Part shown: positions 36,601 to 50,605 of the stretch, in pieces
Position numbering within the stretch: the stretch's first letter is position 1
Layout: each line of letters begins with the position of its first letter
Assembly (NCBI RefSeq): GCF_001194135.2
Contig: NC_068998.1
Location: 54,246,313 to 54,310,312 of the forward strand
From: Octopus bimaculoides
Lineage: Eukaryota
Direction: 5' to 3'
DNA: 64,000 nt
Position numbers and translations under genes: made by a program
Notes under the pieces: generated by a model
The model's input: the letters and a program-made list of their open reading frames with translations, nothing else
Databases searched by the model: none
What the model was told of the DNA's origin: nothing

Positions 36601-39600
36601 ACTGAGTGAAAGATCAGTGTGTTGACAATAAAAGTTTATTGAGAGAGATTTTCTATGAGCACATGTCAAGCCATGCAATCCCATATCTATTCACAGTATC
36701 CATCACATTGAACTATTCATCCATGCATGGATTGAGTTTATATCAATTACAGACTTTTCATGAGGCTGAGAGCTTAATCCTGTATTGTCTCAATAAAATA
36801 CCAAGCTATGAGCTAATGAGGAAGCTTTTCTGCTGCTTTTCAGCCAGCGAGAAGAATTAGCTGCCAAATTTCCACAGATTACACCTTACCATCTTAAAAC
36901 AGGAAGGTAATTTTCAACTGTGGTAATCCTGGATATAAACAAAGGTAAACCTGTTTAATCAGGACTGGTTTATGGTTAAACAAGATAACTTTTGCAGAGA
37001 CAATTAACTATGATAGATTAAGATTTTGTCCAGGGGGAACTTGATCTTATCCATTGCATACCATCATGCAAAAGCAGATGTCAGATGATGGTGACAGTGA
37101 CTTGTAATTTATTAAATATATAGGCACAGACAGGAGTGTGTGGATGAAAAGTTTGCTTCCTAACCACATGGTCATGGGTTCATTCCCTCTGTACAGCACC
37201 TTAGGCAAGTGTCTTCTGCTATAGTCCCAGGTCACCTAAAGCCTTGTGAGTGGATTTGGAAGACAGAAACTGAAAGAAGCCTGTCGTGTGTGTGTGCGTG
37301 TCCTTGTTGTGATGTTATGTGATAGTTACATATGACTGACAGTGTATCACATGTCTGGCAATGGGGAAATATTACTTTGCTTAGAAATAGGTGAAGGTAG
37401 ACAAACGGGAAGGACTTTTGCTCATAGAAAATCTCTCTCAATAAACTCCCATCTGACCAATGTGAACATATGAAAGAAAAGGTTATTGAACCGATGATGG
37501 TGACAATATTTTGGCTAGCTGGCATAGTTTACAGCATTCTTCTCTCCATATCATTACAATGGTCACTGGGAAATGAAAGCACTCTCAGCCAAATAATCAC
37601 TTTTGTCATCATCATAAAGGCAATAGTAGTCACAATAATGCCACAAAGCCAACAGATTGAAGGGACAGCTTACTACCACTGCTACTACAAATAATAATAA
37701 TTGCCATATTTTGGTTATAAATGCCAGTTTATTATTGAATCTATTTCCTGTTTCTGTTTCTGGCAGTATTTTTTGTTTCTCATATCAGGTTGCCTTAGTA
37801 TTGTATAATTCTCTCTCTATCTCTCTCTCTCTCTCTCTTTTGTTTGTTTTTAATTCTATAAATTCCTACAAGTGTAAGCCTTGACAGCCAATGTGGTTAT
37901 TTCAATTCAAAGGTTATTAGATTCAGTTTCATTATAAGATTTTTTCTTTTGTCATAGCATTTTATTTTTCTGTGTTTAGATATGAGTTACAAGGTCATTA
38001 ACGTTACAGAAAGGGTCATAGCTCAACTAATTAGAAAGAAGGTTAACCTAGATGAGATGAAGTTTTTTTGTCTTGTGCCAGGATGAAGCTCTATTGATGT
38101 TCTTTTCTTAATAAGGCAACTTGGGGAAAAGCATTTGGACAAAGACTAAACTGCTGTTTATGTGACCTTTGTCAATATAGAGAAAACCTTTTGGAGAATC
38201 CCTTGCTCCCTCATTTGGTGGTCAATGCAGAAGTTAAAGGTGAGAGCTATCCAAGCCATGTACAGGGACGCTGTCAGTAAGGCTATCACAGCTACAGGTG
38301 GGATCATCCTAGAGACCTCCTGTAGTATTTGAAAGAGAAAATTTCAGCTGGAAAATTTGTAATCTTTCACAAATATTTCCCTGGTATTCCTCAATCTTTA
38401 ACCATCCATTCCATTTCACCATGTTCTTCACCTGATTACGCAAGATGAGGGTCTCCAATATTTAACATTGACAATTTAGAATCTGGAACAGACGGAGCTA
38501 GCTACCAGTTTCTCTAAGATATTCAGCTTCTTCCTTTTAGTTTTACATCCTTCTCTAAGCTGGAGATTCTTGGAATGATAGAGGAAGCTTTTATTTATAT
38601 ATTTTCTTTTGCGGTTTTGTCTTGTTTTTGTTATTAACTGCTAGGAATTTGGTTGTTCTTATTAGCAGTCGGTTGTTAATATCAAAATACCAAAGTTTTC
38701 CATTATTAGAATTCGTCTATTTCACCTGCACTTTTATTCCTTCTACCGTTATCTTCTCCAGTTTCTTATAGTTCTCTGTTCCATATTTATCTTCTTTTGT
38801 CTTCTTATGACTTGTTTCAGTCATTTGACTGTGGCCATGCTGGGGCACCACTTTGAAGAGTTTTAGTTCAACAAATTGACCCTGGTACTTTTTAAGAAAA
38901 AATAAAACAATTTTTGGTGTTTACTCTATCGGCCTCTTTTGCTGAGACTGCTAAGTTACAGGGACATAAACAAACCAACACCAGTTGCCAAGCAATGGTG
39001 GAGGATGGGGCAAACACAAATTTAGCAAAGACCAAAGTCCTACTAGTAAGTAGAAAAGCAGACAGATTACTAACCCCTTCAGGGAAATGTCCCTGCTCAA
39101 TATCTCAAAGTGAAAGTAGAAATTTCATAAGTTGACTTAAGGCCACAAGCTCACAAAATCATGACAGAATGCATAGCGACATTTCACAGTTTTGCCTTTC
39201 ATCCTCCTCTGGGATGAATAAGTACCAGTTGAAGACTGGGGTCAATGAAATCAACTTACCTCCCACCCCATCTTTAAATCACTGGCCTTGTATCAAAATT
39301 TGAAGCCATTATTAAACTGATTTTTGAAACATAAATTAACCTGAAAGTTTTGAGAAATTTTTATTTAGATCACTTTAAAATAGGAAATTTGTATCATAGT
39401 TTGTACGGGAACGGTCTTGGGCAGGTTGGAATCCAAAGCACTACTGAGGAATGATTGGGAATTAATTATTCTCACGTTATTTACATTTGATGGATATTTG
39501 TCCTCATCTTGTTTGTTGTTAACACGTTTCGGCTGATATACCCTCCAGCCTTCATCAGGTGTCTTGGGGGAAATTTCGAACCTGGGTTCTCATTCCTAAG

Positions 39601-42336
39601 GCATTTTTTGATGTTATTATTATCATCATCATTCAGGTCACTGCCTGGAATCGAACTTGGAATCTTGGGGTTAGTAGCTTGCGCTCTTAACCACTACACC
39701 ATATGCCTGTAATTATTCTCAGTTGAGAACTACCAGAGTCTCTCATTCGACCACAACTTAGAATCGTAAAAGTTTTAAGACTGCTATTAATCCTTTTGAT
39801 ACCATATTTTTGTTGATATATATTGCCTTTATTTCAGTTAATTTTGGAAAACAATAAAGAATTTAGTGAAATAACTATTAAGCTGGTGTTTGGAACATAA
39901 ATTAACTTGATATTTTGGTGGAAGAAAGTTTTAAATTAAATCCCTTTAAAACCGGAAGTTTGTATCATAGAATCTGGAGCAGTTTCAGGCAGTTTGGTAT
40001 GAAGAGTCATTTTTGTTAATTTTGGCAACATGTGGCTTGCAGAATCAGTAGAGCATTGAACAAAACACGTGTGATATTTGGTTCAATCCTTTTTATGTTT
40101 TGAGTTCAAATTGCACCATAGTTTTTACATTGCCTTTCATTGTTACAAAGTCGGAATAAAATACCAATCGATAAAATAAGTAGCAGAGCTGAGCTCAACA
40201 ACTTACATTCATCTCTCAGCAAATTGCCACAGACAGAATGCCCTTGTGAGACGCATAAAGAAGCAGAACTTATTTACACTTCTNNNNNNNNNNNNNNNNN
40301 NNNNNNNNNNNNNNNNNNNNNNNNNNNNNNNNNNNNNNNNNNNNNNNNNNNNNNNNNNNNNNNNNNNNNNNNNNAATAAATATCAAGTTATAATACCAAT
40401 TGGATAAGACAAAACAAAACAGAAACTACTACTTCACCCCCTTCCCTCCTCATCCCTTCTTCCCCTTTACACCACATCCGGACACAGGTGGATGATGCTT
40501 CAACAGAAAGATAGCTTTATTCATATCTCTGCTACTCAGCTGCCAATGAATTCATGAGCCATTTTATTATACATAATGGGAATTTTTTTTCTTTCTTTCT
40601 TTCTTTTTAATTCTGTCCCAGCATTTATCTTGCTTCTAATGCACAGAATGGAAATATTTACTATTAATTTTCTTTCTATTTCATTCTCTCTCTTGTTTTT
40701 TTTTTCCAGTCTCTCTTTCCCTCTCTCCATTACAAAAACTACAATATGTAATTGTTACATGAAAGCATTACAATTTCATTTCAAATAAATTCATCATCGT
40801 TTTGTATATTATTTTGTGTTTTAAATTTTTAATGTGTATGTATGTATGCATCTGTGTGTATATATGCTTCCGTGTGTCTGTGTATGTGTGCGCACGCGCG
40901 CATTATATATAAAAATATACCAACCGCAGTTTTATATTATTCCTTTAGAATTGATGTTAGAGCATCGGGGGAAAATGACATGCAGTATTTGTTGAAGCTC
41001 TTTATATTCTGAATTCAATTCCTGCTAAGGTCAACTTTACTATTCATCTCTCCAGAGTTGATAAAATAGAGTACCATTCAAGTACTGGCATCTGTAATAT
41101 CAGCTAATCCTTTCCCTCAAATTTCACGCCTTACACTTAGGTTAAGAAACAGATCATCAACAGCTCTGAATCCTTGACTTGAACACATCTTAAGTGTTTC
41201 ATAAACAAGACTAGGCTCAACAATAACACAAATGAAAACAATCTGTGTATTTGAGCCATTATTACTAAAGTTCATCAACACACACACACACACACTTTCT
41301 CTCGGTTATTTCATTGAGCAATTTTGGAATTACTAAATCCATGAAATTAATTTTGGAAAGTTCTATTAGACAGAGTTGGAATCAACAGTGTGTCTGTAGT
41401 ACATTGATACTTTTGGCTGGTTGCCAGCTCCAATAACTGCCTCTTACTCTCTTTCTCCCTCAATTTCTCTCTCTCTCTCTCTTTTCTCGCTCAACATATT
41501 TTTCAAACTAATAACTGTCTCCTTATCTTCCTCTCTATCTAGTTCTCTATCTTGCTTTCTCTCTCAAATTAAATTCATGTGGANNNNNNNNNNNNNNNNN
41601 NNNNNNNNNNNNNNNNNNNNNNNNNNNNNNNNNNNNNNNNNNNNNNNNNNNNNNNNNNNNNNNNNNNNNNNNNNNNNNNNNNNNNNNNNNNNNNNNNNNN
41701 NNNNNNNNNNNNNNNNNNNNNNNNNNNNNNNNNNNNNNNNNNNNNNNNNNNNNNNNNNNNNNNNNNNNNNNNNNNNNNNNNNNNNNNNNNNNNNNNNNNN
41801 NNNNNNNNNNNNNNNNNNNNNNNNNNNNNNNNNNNNNNNNNNNNNNNNNNNNNNNNNNNNNNNNNNNNNNNNNNNNNNNNNNNNNNNNNNNNNNNNNNNN
41901 NNNNNNNNNNNNNNNNNNNNNNNNNNNNNNNNNNNNNNNNNNNNNNNNNNNNNNNNNNNNNNNNNNNNNNNNNNNNNNNNNNNNNNNNNNNNNNNNNNNN
42001 NNNNNNNNNNNNNNNNNNNNNNNNNNNNNNNNNNNNNNNNNNNNNNNNNNNNNNNNNNNNNNNNNNNNNNNNNNNNNNNNNNNNNNNNNNNNNNNNNNNN
42101 NNNNNNNNNNNNNNNNNNNNNNTTTTTTTTTTTTTTTTATGCATCTCAAAAGAACAAAATTCAAAGTTTGACCTAAGCAGGATTTGAATTTAAAGCGCAG
42201 AGATTTGAAACAGGTGCTAAATCTAATCTGTAATCAGACCAGTAATTGGACATCAGCAGTGTACTGACCTTGCCTGTCCCGCACTAGAATGGAGAGAGAA
42301 GACTTTATACAGATTTTTCCTTTCCTGAAGTTTGTA

Positions 42337-42374
<38 letters not shown>

Positions 42375-42565
42375 ACGGACTCTGTATTTATAAGCCTATA
42401 TTATGACTCAGGTGTGGCTGCATAGTAAGAAGTTTATGTCCCAACTACATGGTTCCAAGTTCAATCTTATTGTATGGCACCTTCAAGAAGTGTCTTCTAC
42501 TGTAGCCCCAAGCCGATCAAATCTTGTAAGTGGATTACGTTGATGGAAGTTGAAACAAACCTGTT

Positions 42566-42615
<50 letters not shown>

Positions 42616-45600
42616 ACACACTACTGTCTCTTTGCAAGTACCATTTAAGTACCTGGACTCAATGTAATCAGCTTGCCCCTCCTCTCAAAATTGCTAGTCT
42701 TGTCAAAATTTGAAACCATACTCAATGTGATATGTGTATTCTTTTCTCACAATATTATAAGAACAATCATCAATCTGAGTAGGTTGGTGGCTGGGCTGTG
42801 TGTGTGTGAAGGTAGGTCACCTAGTGCTTAGGCTGCTAAGTACACAATCACAAGGTTATGCATTCTATTCCTAGAGTAATTGGTGCATTGTGTCGTTGAT
42901 CAAGGCATTTCATTCCACACTGTGCTCCAGTCTGCTGAAAATGAGTAGCAGTCAAGTGCTGCTGCAGCGGCCCATTTTATCTCCAGCTGCCACATCCCCA
43001 ATGTTCTGCTGGGTCAATGGTGGGAGAGCCCTGGGAAGGTGTGTCTGTCTGCTCAAGACCACTCAGGCACTGAAACCTTGGTTTTAGGATCTCAATTCCG
43101 TTGTGGTGGGTGGGTCTTCTTGAGTACACCAATGCACCATAGATAACCATTATCATTCAGTGTCTGTTTCCCATGCTAACATTAGGTTGGAGGACTACAC
43201 CAGGCTTGTCTGTCTTGGCTCTGTTTCTGGATGCCCTTCCTAATGCTAACTACTTTAGAAAGTGTATTGCTACTATATATATATACATATATATATATAT
43301 CGTTGTTCACAAGACCCGATATAAAACAGAACAAATAGAAGACCTGTATGGAGGAGTACCATGTTATGAAGTAGACTAATACTTGAATCAGTCTTTCATT
43401 AGAGAGGGGAAAAAAATTTGTCATGACAAAAATGTTAACTCGGATTACCGCAACACACACCTCCTCCTCCTCTTATTTCATTTTCAATAAAGCTGAACAG
43501 TCATATATAACCCTTTACACACACACACACATATATTATGATGGTTATTATTTAGCAGAGGTTACAGAGTGACTCAAGGGCTGAGAGTTTCATGTGTTAG
43601 CACTTATCAAACTAGTTGGAAATTGAGGAGTTTTTAATTTCTATACCAGTGATAATGGTATTTCTCTGGATAGTTCTGGAATGAATTATAAAAACAATTA
43701 CAATGTCACGTGGATAATTCATATTTTTCAAATAGTTTACCCATTATGCCGTTCAATAAATGAATAAATAATCAAATAAGAAATATTTGTGCACACTTAC
43801 ACATAAGAGTGCTGGGGAATATACACGAAATCTGTGTGTGTGTGTGTGTGTGTGTAAACTATTAATGGTTGTGATTCCATATTTCCTCCATCAGTTAGAT
43901 TAATTATTCACTATGGTGGGTATTTTACTTTACATGTAGGGTAGTCAGCTACTTGCCTAAAGCTGTATGCAGAATTGAAAAATCATTATCTTTATATTTT
44001 ATGGTCGTGTTAAATTACAAAATAATTTTTATAAATAGAATCAGTGACCCAGTTTTAATTCATTTACAGTCCCCATGACCTTGAGAATGGCATGAATGCC
44101 CCTTATCACAACAATTTCCCTTCCTGGTTCCTGTCTTTTTTTTTTTCCTTTTTTACCTTTCAGTCTGAATTAAAGAAATAATTATTTCAAGTTTAGAAAC
44201 CTTATTTCTTGTCAAACAGCATCAGTTATCCTTTTACCATGTGGTTTTAGGTTCAACCCCAATGGGAAGCACCTTAGGTGTGTGTCTTCAACTGGAGCCC
44301 TTGGTCAACCAAAGCCCTATGAATGAATTTGGTAGGGGAAAATTAAGAGAAGCCTGTTGTGTGTGCGTGTGTGTTTTCATATCTCCGTGCCTTAATGTCA
44401 CATGCTAATTGTAGACAAGTATTATCAAACAAATGGTTTAATTCAGTTTGACAAAGTAATCTGCATTGCTAAAGGGTTAGGGGGTCTTGCAACAATTGTT
44501 TTGGGTTCAAGCTTCTCCTTTTTTGTCGGTTTCTTTGTCTGCTATTAATGTTATCTTGCTAATATTATTTTTCAGTTAGATAAATGTAGACAAGTAGGTT
44601 GGATTTCATTACGTCATACATTTGTATGTCAAAAAATGCAAATTCAAAAACAAGTCCTGTGGCTGGCTCTCAAACATGAACAGCAAAGAAACTATAAATA
44701 GATTCTTTTTTTTTTTTTCTTTTTTTATTCATTATGTGTACAAGTTGTTATTTGACATAATGAATCCATTCCTGAAAAATATTCAACTCAAGTGAATCGA
44801 TGTTAAAACAAAACCAGTTTTGTTGCCAAACTGGGTTTGGTCCATTTTTTTTTTTTTTGTCTCTTTCCTTGTTTTAAGAGCAAAATAGTGAAGGAGTTCC
44901 TTCACAGTGTTTCCTGAAGTTACAATCAAAATATTGCCAAATGGAAACACAGTGTGTTACATGACCGTTTGCGCACCCAATTTATGCTAGGTTTTTATTG
45001 TCATAACTATTTCCATTGTTATAATTACTGGGGGGTGGGGGTGGAAGAAGAAATAGTTATGTTTTATTGAAATGATATGAATAACAAGCTTGCATTGTTA
45101 AGACTCCTTGCCATCGTGGTATAAATACCATTATTTGTGGTTTCTTGGCCACAAATGAAACAACTGTAGTTTTATGTCCTTCACATACAACTGTGATGAA
45201 TCTGTTTTTACAAGCAGAATTTCATCTGAATAAATGACAATGAAATTTAAGGACTAGAATTGAAGCAAACTTATTGTTTAACCCCAGGTCATCTCAAAAT
45301 GAGCAAACCTAAGATCAAAGGTATTCCTGCAATAATCATTCTCTCATTTTTCCGTCATTGCCAACCAAAATCTTTGTGAGAGGGTTTCATAGATGGAAAC
45401 TGAAAGAAGCCTGTCACATATATGTGTTTGTGTGTGTATCTACCCTTATCTAGACATCATGTGATGATTGTTAATGAGCATTGCTATCAAACAAGTAACG
45501 ATCACTTCCAGTCATCAGTGGGAAACTTGCTTGGCCTTAGGAAGTATTGTCTTGTTTAGAAATGGGTGAGTGTTAGCAACAGAAAGTGCATCTGGCCATA

Positions 45601-46629
45601 GGAAATCTGTCTCAACAAATTCTAACTGAGCCATGCAAATGTGGGGAAATGGACATTAGATAGTGTGTACTCTATTAGAGAATGTGTCGTATTTTGTTTT
45701 GTTGAGATGGTAGGATGTGATCTGAGGGAGATTTGAGTAAGTAGGAAAACAGACAGGACTCTGCTACCATCAGAGAAATGGCCTTATTTAATATGTCGAG
45801 AAGAGGTAGGTAGTAATTCCATATGGTGTACCCAGTGCAAATTCAGACGCATAAGAGCTGCCCTGGTATCAGAGGCAGGTTGAGAGAGAAAGCAGATTCT
45901 GTACATGACTGATGCATAGGAGTTGATAAGCGTTAAGAGCGTTACAGGAAATGAATTTTCTCAAATGCTCAGGAGATTCCCCAGAGGTGATAGAATACTT
46001 TTGGTACCTCGGGTGACCTAATTAGAATTAGAGGTGGAGAGTCTGAAAGTATAATGATAGAGTATAAACAGGCTGGAGAAAGTTCAGAGAGCTACTACTG
46101 CTCTTTTGTAATAAAAGGTTTCTCTTTCTCTCTCTCAGAGTGAAAGACAGATTGCTATATGGTTGTGAGATGTGGGCCATGGATGTGGAGGAGTTAGCAT
46201 GCTCCCTTGGGTGTGCAGAAATGATGAATTACAAATACATTGAAAGAAAAACTGGGTATATGGTGAATCGGGTGTTGTGTGCTGGATCAACATGAGTGTA
46301 AAGTGATCCACCAAAGCTCAGTATAGTTTCATTATATAAGCCATTACGTTCTTTTGTAATGTTTATAAGATGAAAGCTAGGCAGCACCACTCTGTTCAAA
46401 TGTCTAGAAAGCAGGGCATACACTATACGAGATGGTATACACAGAATTAGCTGCTGTTTGATTTGAATAATCTGGTGATTTTTTTTTTTGCAAATCATGG
46501 GAAAGGGGGACATTTTGTAAAGTACCATTTGGTGTACAAAAGGGCGAGAACCACTGNNNNNNNNNNTTATATGCATCTCTTCTCAAAGAACACCCCTCAG
46601 AAATGTTCTCCTCCCCACTACTTTATACA

Positions 46630-46674
<45 letters not shown>

Positions 46675-49600
46675 TAAATAGCAAAATGTCAAGTTATAGA
46701 ATGCTATATTTCACAGTGAATTATATTTCAAATGAATTGCTGCTGTTAGCTTATTCTTCATGCAAATGTTTTACAATAAAAAAAACTATGCTCCAACCAA
46801 CCCATTTAATTTACTGTAAAATCCTAAATTTTTTGTCTCTAAACTTGAAACTATGTTATTGCTTCAGTATATCAATTGTCTGGTCTTGTGACAGGAACTG
46901 TTTTCCTGTTTTTTTTTGTTTTTTTTCAGAAACCCTATGTTGTGCTATTCTTAGATTGCTTCTACTTGTTTGTTTTCCAATTTATTCAACTTTTAATCGT
47001 AAAGACCACTTTGTTCCCTTTTCATTTGTTAATTCTTTCGACTCAGCTCTTACTTCTGCCAAATGTTGTTTCAAACTTAACCTTGACATTAGCTGAGGTT
47101 TTTAATGACGGCTACTGCCATTGGTCGGATGACGAGTGAATAATACTACACGATACTTCAATGTATCAAGTGTTTATATATACTTGAAGGATTAAGATAT
47201 TTCATTTTCAATGTGATTCACATTCCACCACCATATCTCTTTTCCATTTAACAAATAAGTTAATTGCATATTTTCAAAAATGGCCAAGGAAAGAAATCCT
47301 TTTGATAGGTTTACAATTAAAACACCAAATAAAATTGGTGTTGTTTACTTTTGTTTAATGGCTCGTCACCTTCTAATTAGGTGCCACAAGTTCGTTTTCA
47401 CTAAAGCCTCACCTTCAAAATCTTTCTGAAAGAAATTTGACCTTTCTTATTAAGATTTCAGACATAACAAACATTAATCAGATTAGTACAATTCCACACT
47501 TTACTACGTGTTTTTAATCCAATGCATTTAGTGCAATTTAAATTGCTTTCCTTAGACAGGACTGAAGATTAATATTTTTGTTGGATACCATCGGTTCAGC
47601 TAACCCTTACACGTACTCTTTTAGAGGTCCTCCTCCTCCTCCTGCTCCCTTAGAGGGAAGGCAGCATCAGCTTCTGTGAGAGATGGACTCAAGATAGAAA
47701 GAGATCATCATCATCATCATTTAACATCTGTTTTTCTGTGTAGGCATAGGCTGGACGGTTTGACAGGAGCTGGCACGGCTGGAGAGCCACACCTGCCTCC
47801 GTAGCCCGTTTTGACCTGGTTTCTCTTGCTGGATGCCTTTCCCAATGCCAACCATTTTACAGAGTTTACTGGTTGCTTTAGACATGGCATCAACAACTGA
47901 ACCATGTAAAGTACTTCTCTTCTTTCAGACGATTCTTCTCACATGCACTGTCTTCATTATTCTCTTTGCCTTTTGTCTTTCTACTTCTTTCAGTCATCGG
48001 ATTGTGGCCATACTGGAGTGCCACATTGAAGGATTTCGTTGAAAAAAAAAAAAAAAAATCAACCACTGTACCGTAAATCCTCGAGTATAATCCGCATTTT
48101 TTTCCCCCAAAAAATTTAAAGGTCAAAATCCCTAATGCGTATTATATACAAGGCTTCTCAAGGTGATACAGTTGACATATTCCTCACTCACAAATTCTTT
48201 CATGTTTTAGCACAAATGTCTTAACCAACTGCTTTTTTTAAACTAGCAAAATGTAAAACTGCCTGCGGCCCTGAGGAGAGAAATACTTGCTATATTTTAG
48301 TATCAGGTGTGAATATGACAGCCCCTGTTGATAAATTGAGACAAAAGGACCTTTTTTTTTTTTTTTTNNNNNNNNNNCCTTTTTTTTTTTTTTTCTTTAA
48401 ATAAGAAATATTTTCTTCTCTTTCTGATTAGAAGATAGTTATTCAGCGTTTTGCTAAAAATCCAAATTACCATGGAGTGGCTGGTTGTTGTTGTTCAGTT
48501 AGCTGGCTTGGCTTCGTCATGACTTAGCTAGTTTGGCTGTTCCATCAAGCTGTCGAGAATGTGTGTCAACAAATTGCATGCGAGTTATGCGAGCAGGGAA
48601 AAGCGGATTGAAGACGATGAGGAATGTAGATAGGTCTCAGGCTTAAATGAAACTGATGTGGGGGGGGGGGATGTTTCAGTTATGTATCTCTAAAAAAACA
48701 TTGTACTTTAGATTCTCTGTTTAATGGTTTCTTGTCTATGGTAATCATAATTAGCACTAATTAACGAGTCTCTGTTATGTATATATGCATGCTAATACAT
48801 GCTAAGTATTCATTGGGAGAGAGAGTTTTGTGAGTCTTGAATGATTTTCGGAAGTGGTGGTGAGATTTTGATATTCTCTTTGGTTTCAGACTCACATCAA
48901 ATATGTATGCGGTTAAAGGATAGTCTGTTGAAAGCCAACCAATCGGATGATGTTGCAGCCTCTTGTTGGACATGTATAACAGATGTCAGAATGTTGAAGA
49001 GGCTTTCTGCAGGTGGTGGACGACTTAGTAGTGGTAGAGGGTGTAGTGGAAGGAGTGAATGTANNNNNNNNNNGGAACCGTCTCCACAAAAAAAAAAAAA
49101 AAAAAAGCACTGATGGGGAATATTAATGAGGAGGTTTGTTTGTGTTTGATATTGATGAGTTTGAACAGACTAAATTTCAGCTATTTCACTGGTAGAACTA
49201 AATACATACTCGTATGTGTCCATGGAAAACAACATCCATCATGTGTTGTCCGTTTTCATTGATGCATTTCTGAAGGCGTTCTCGGAAGTTGGCCTCCACT
49301 CTCCCCACCATTGCTCTGTTGATTTGGGCAACTTCCACGCACACAGCTTCCTTCAAATCGTCCAATGTATGAGGCTTATGTGCATGCAGACATGCCTTGA
49401 GGTTTCCCCACAAGAAATAATCACGCATGGACAACAGTAAGGACCAATGATGGCAGCACACCAGACCATCGCTTTTGGGCTGTGCAGTTCTCTCTGATTT
49501 TCTAGAGACCAATAATAACAGTTCTATTGATTCACCATTGAGATGAAAACGAGCTTCATCAATCATTAACAAAATGGGGTTTTCATTTGCCTCCAAAACT

Positions 49601-50570
49601 GCTTACATCTGACATGTGAAGTTAAGCCGCTGTGCATAGTCTCATGGTTTCAACTGTTGCCCAATGACCAATTTGTATGGATGGAAATGCAGGTCTTCAT
49701 GCAAAATATGCCTTACTGACCGATTACCAATGCCAAGTTCAGTGGAATGCCTCCAAACAGAGCGATTCGGACTCCATATCAAAGCTTGTCTGATGCATTA
49801 CACATTTTCTGGAGTTCGTACCATTCGTGGTGCCCCCACCAGTCTCCTGTTCATTAGTGTACCTCATGTATAAAGTGCATTCACCCAACATAAGATTGTG
49901 TAGTGGGTGGGAACAGCTTGAATTTGGTGAATGTTGAAGTGGCACCGAAACTCATGCTGAACTGCTGTGACAGACTTGTTAGTCTTCACATAATTGTCGT
50001 TGGCAATCATGTAATGTTCTATTATCCAGACGATGCCTTGGCTTCACCTGAAAAGAAAAACAAAATGCTAAGACATCAAGGACCGAATGGTACCTGTCGG
50101 ACATATGTCCCTTCCCCTGGGGCTGAGTAATAGCCATTTCTAAAAGGTCCGTCCTTTCTGCCTCACCCTGAAGTTTTGTGGTTTTACCAATTATAAAAAG
50201 CAGAGGATGGAACGTGATGCTGCCTGTTTGGCATCACTCATTCAATGCTGATTTATTTGGTATTAGACATTTTCAAAGTTTCTCTCTTCGACCTCCTCTG
50301 TTTTGTGAGGAAAGGGGAAATATGTCAATCGTATTGGGTTTAAAAACAAAAAACACCCATGGGACAGCCTTTGACTTTTACTCAATAATTGTAATCTCTC
50401 TCTCACTTCTTTTTCTTCCACTCTATCTTTCACTTTCTCCTTCTCTCTCACTCTCTCTCTTCCACTCTGTCTTTCTCTCTCCCACTCTTTCTTTCTCTCT
50501 CTCTCTCTGTCTTTCTCTTTTCCCCTATCTCTCTCTCTATCTATATATATATATATATATATATATACAT

Positions 50571-50605
<35 letters not shown>

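Noticed and set aside
39633-39707. tRNA gene call
   Set aside because: The acceptor and anticodon stems do not pair properly and the sequence continues into a repeat body, so it is treated as a SINE head.
41421-42187. Long ORFs spanning N runs (also 56013-56750, 63101-63456, 40140-40379)
   Set aside because: They are open only because Ns contain no stop codons.
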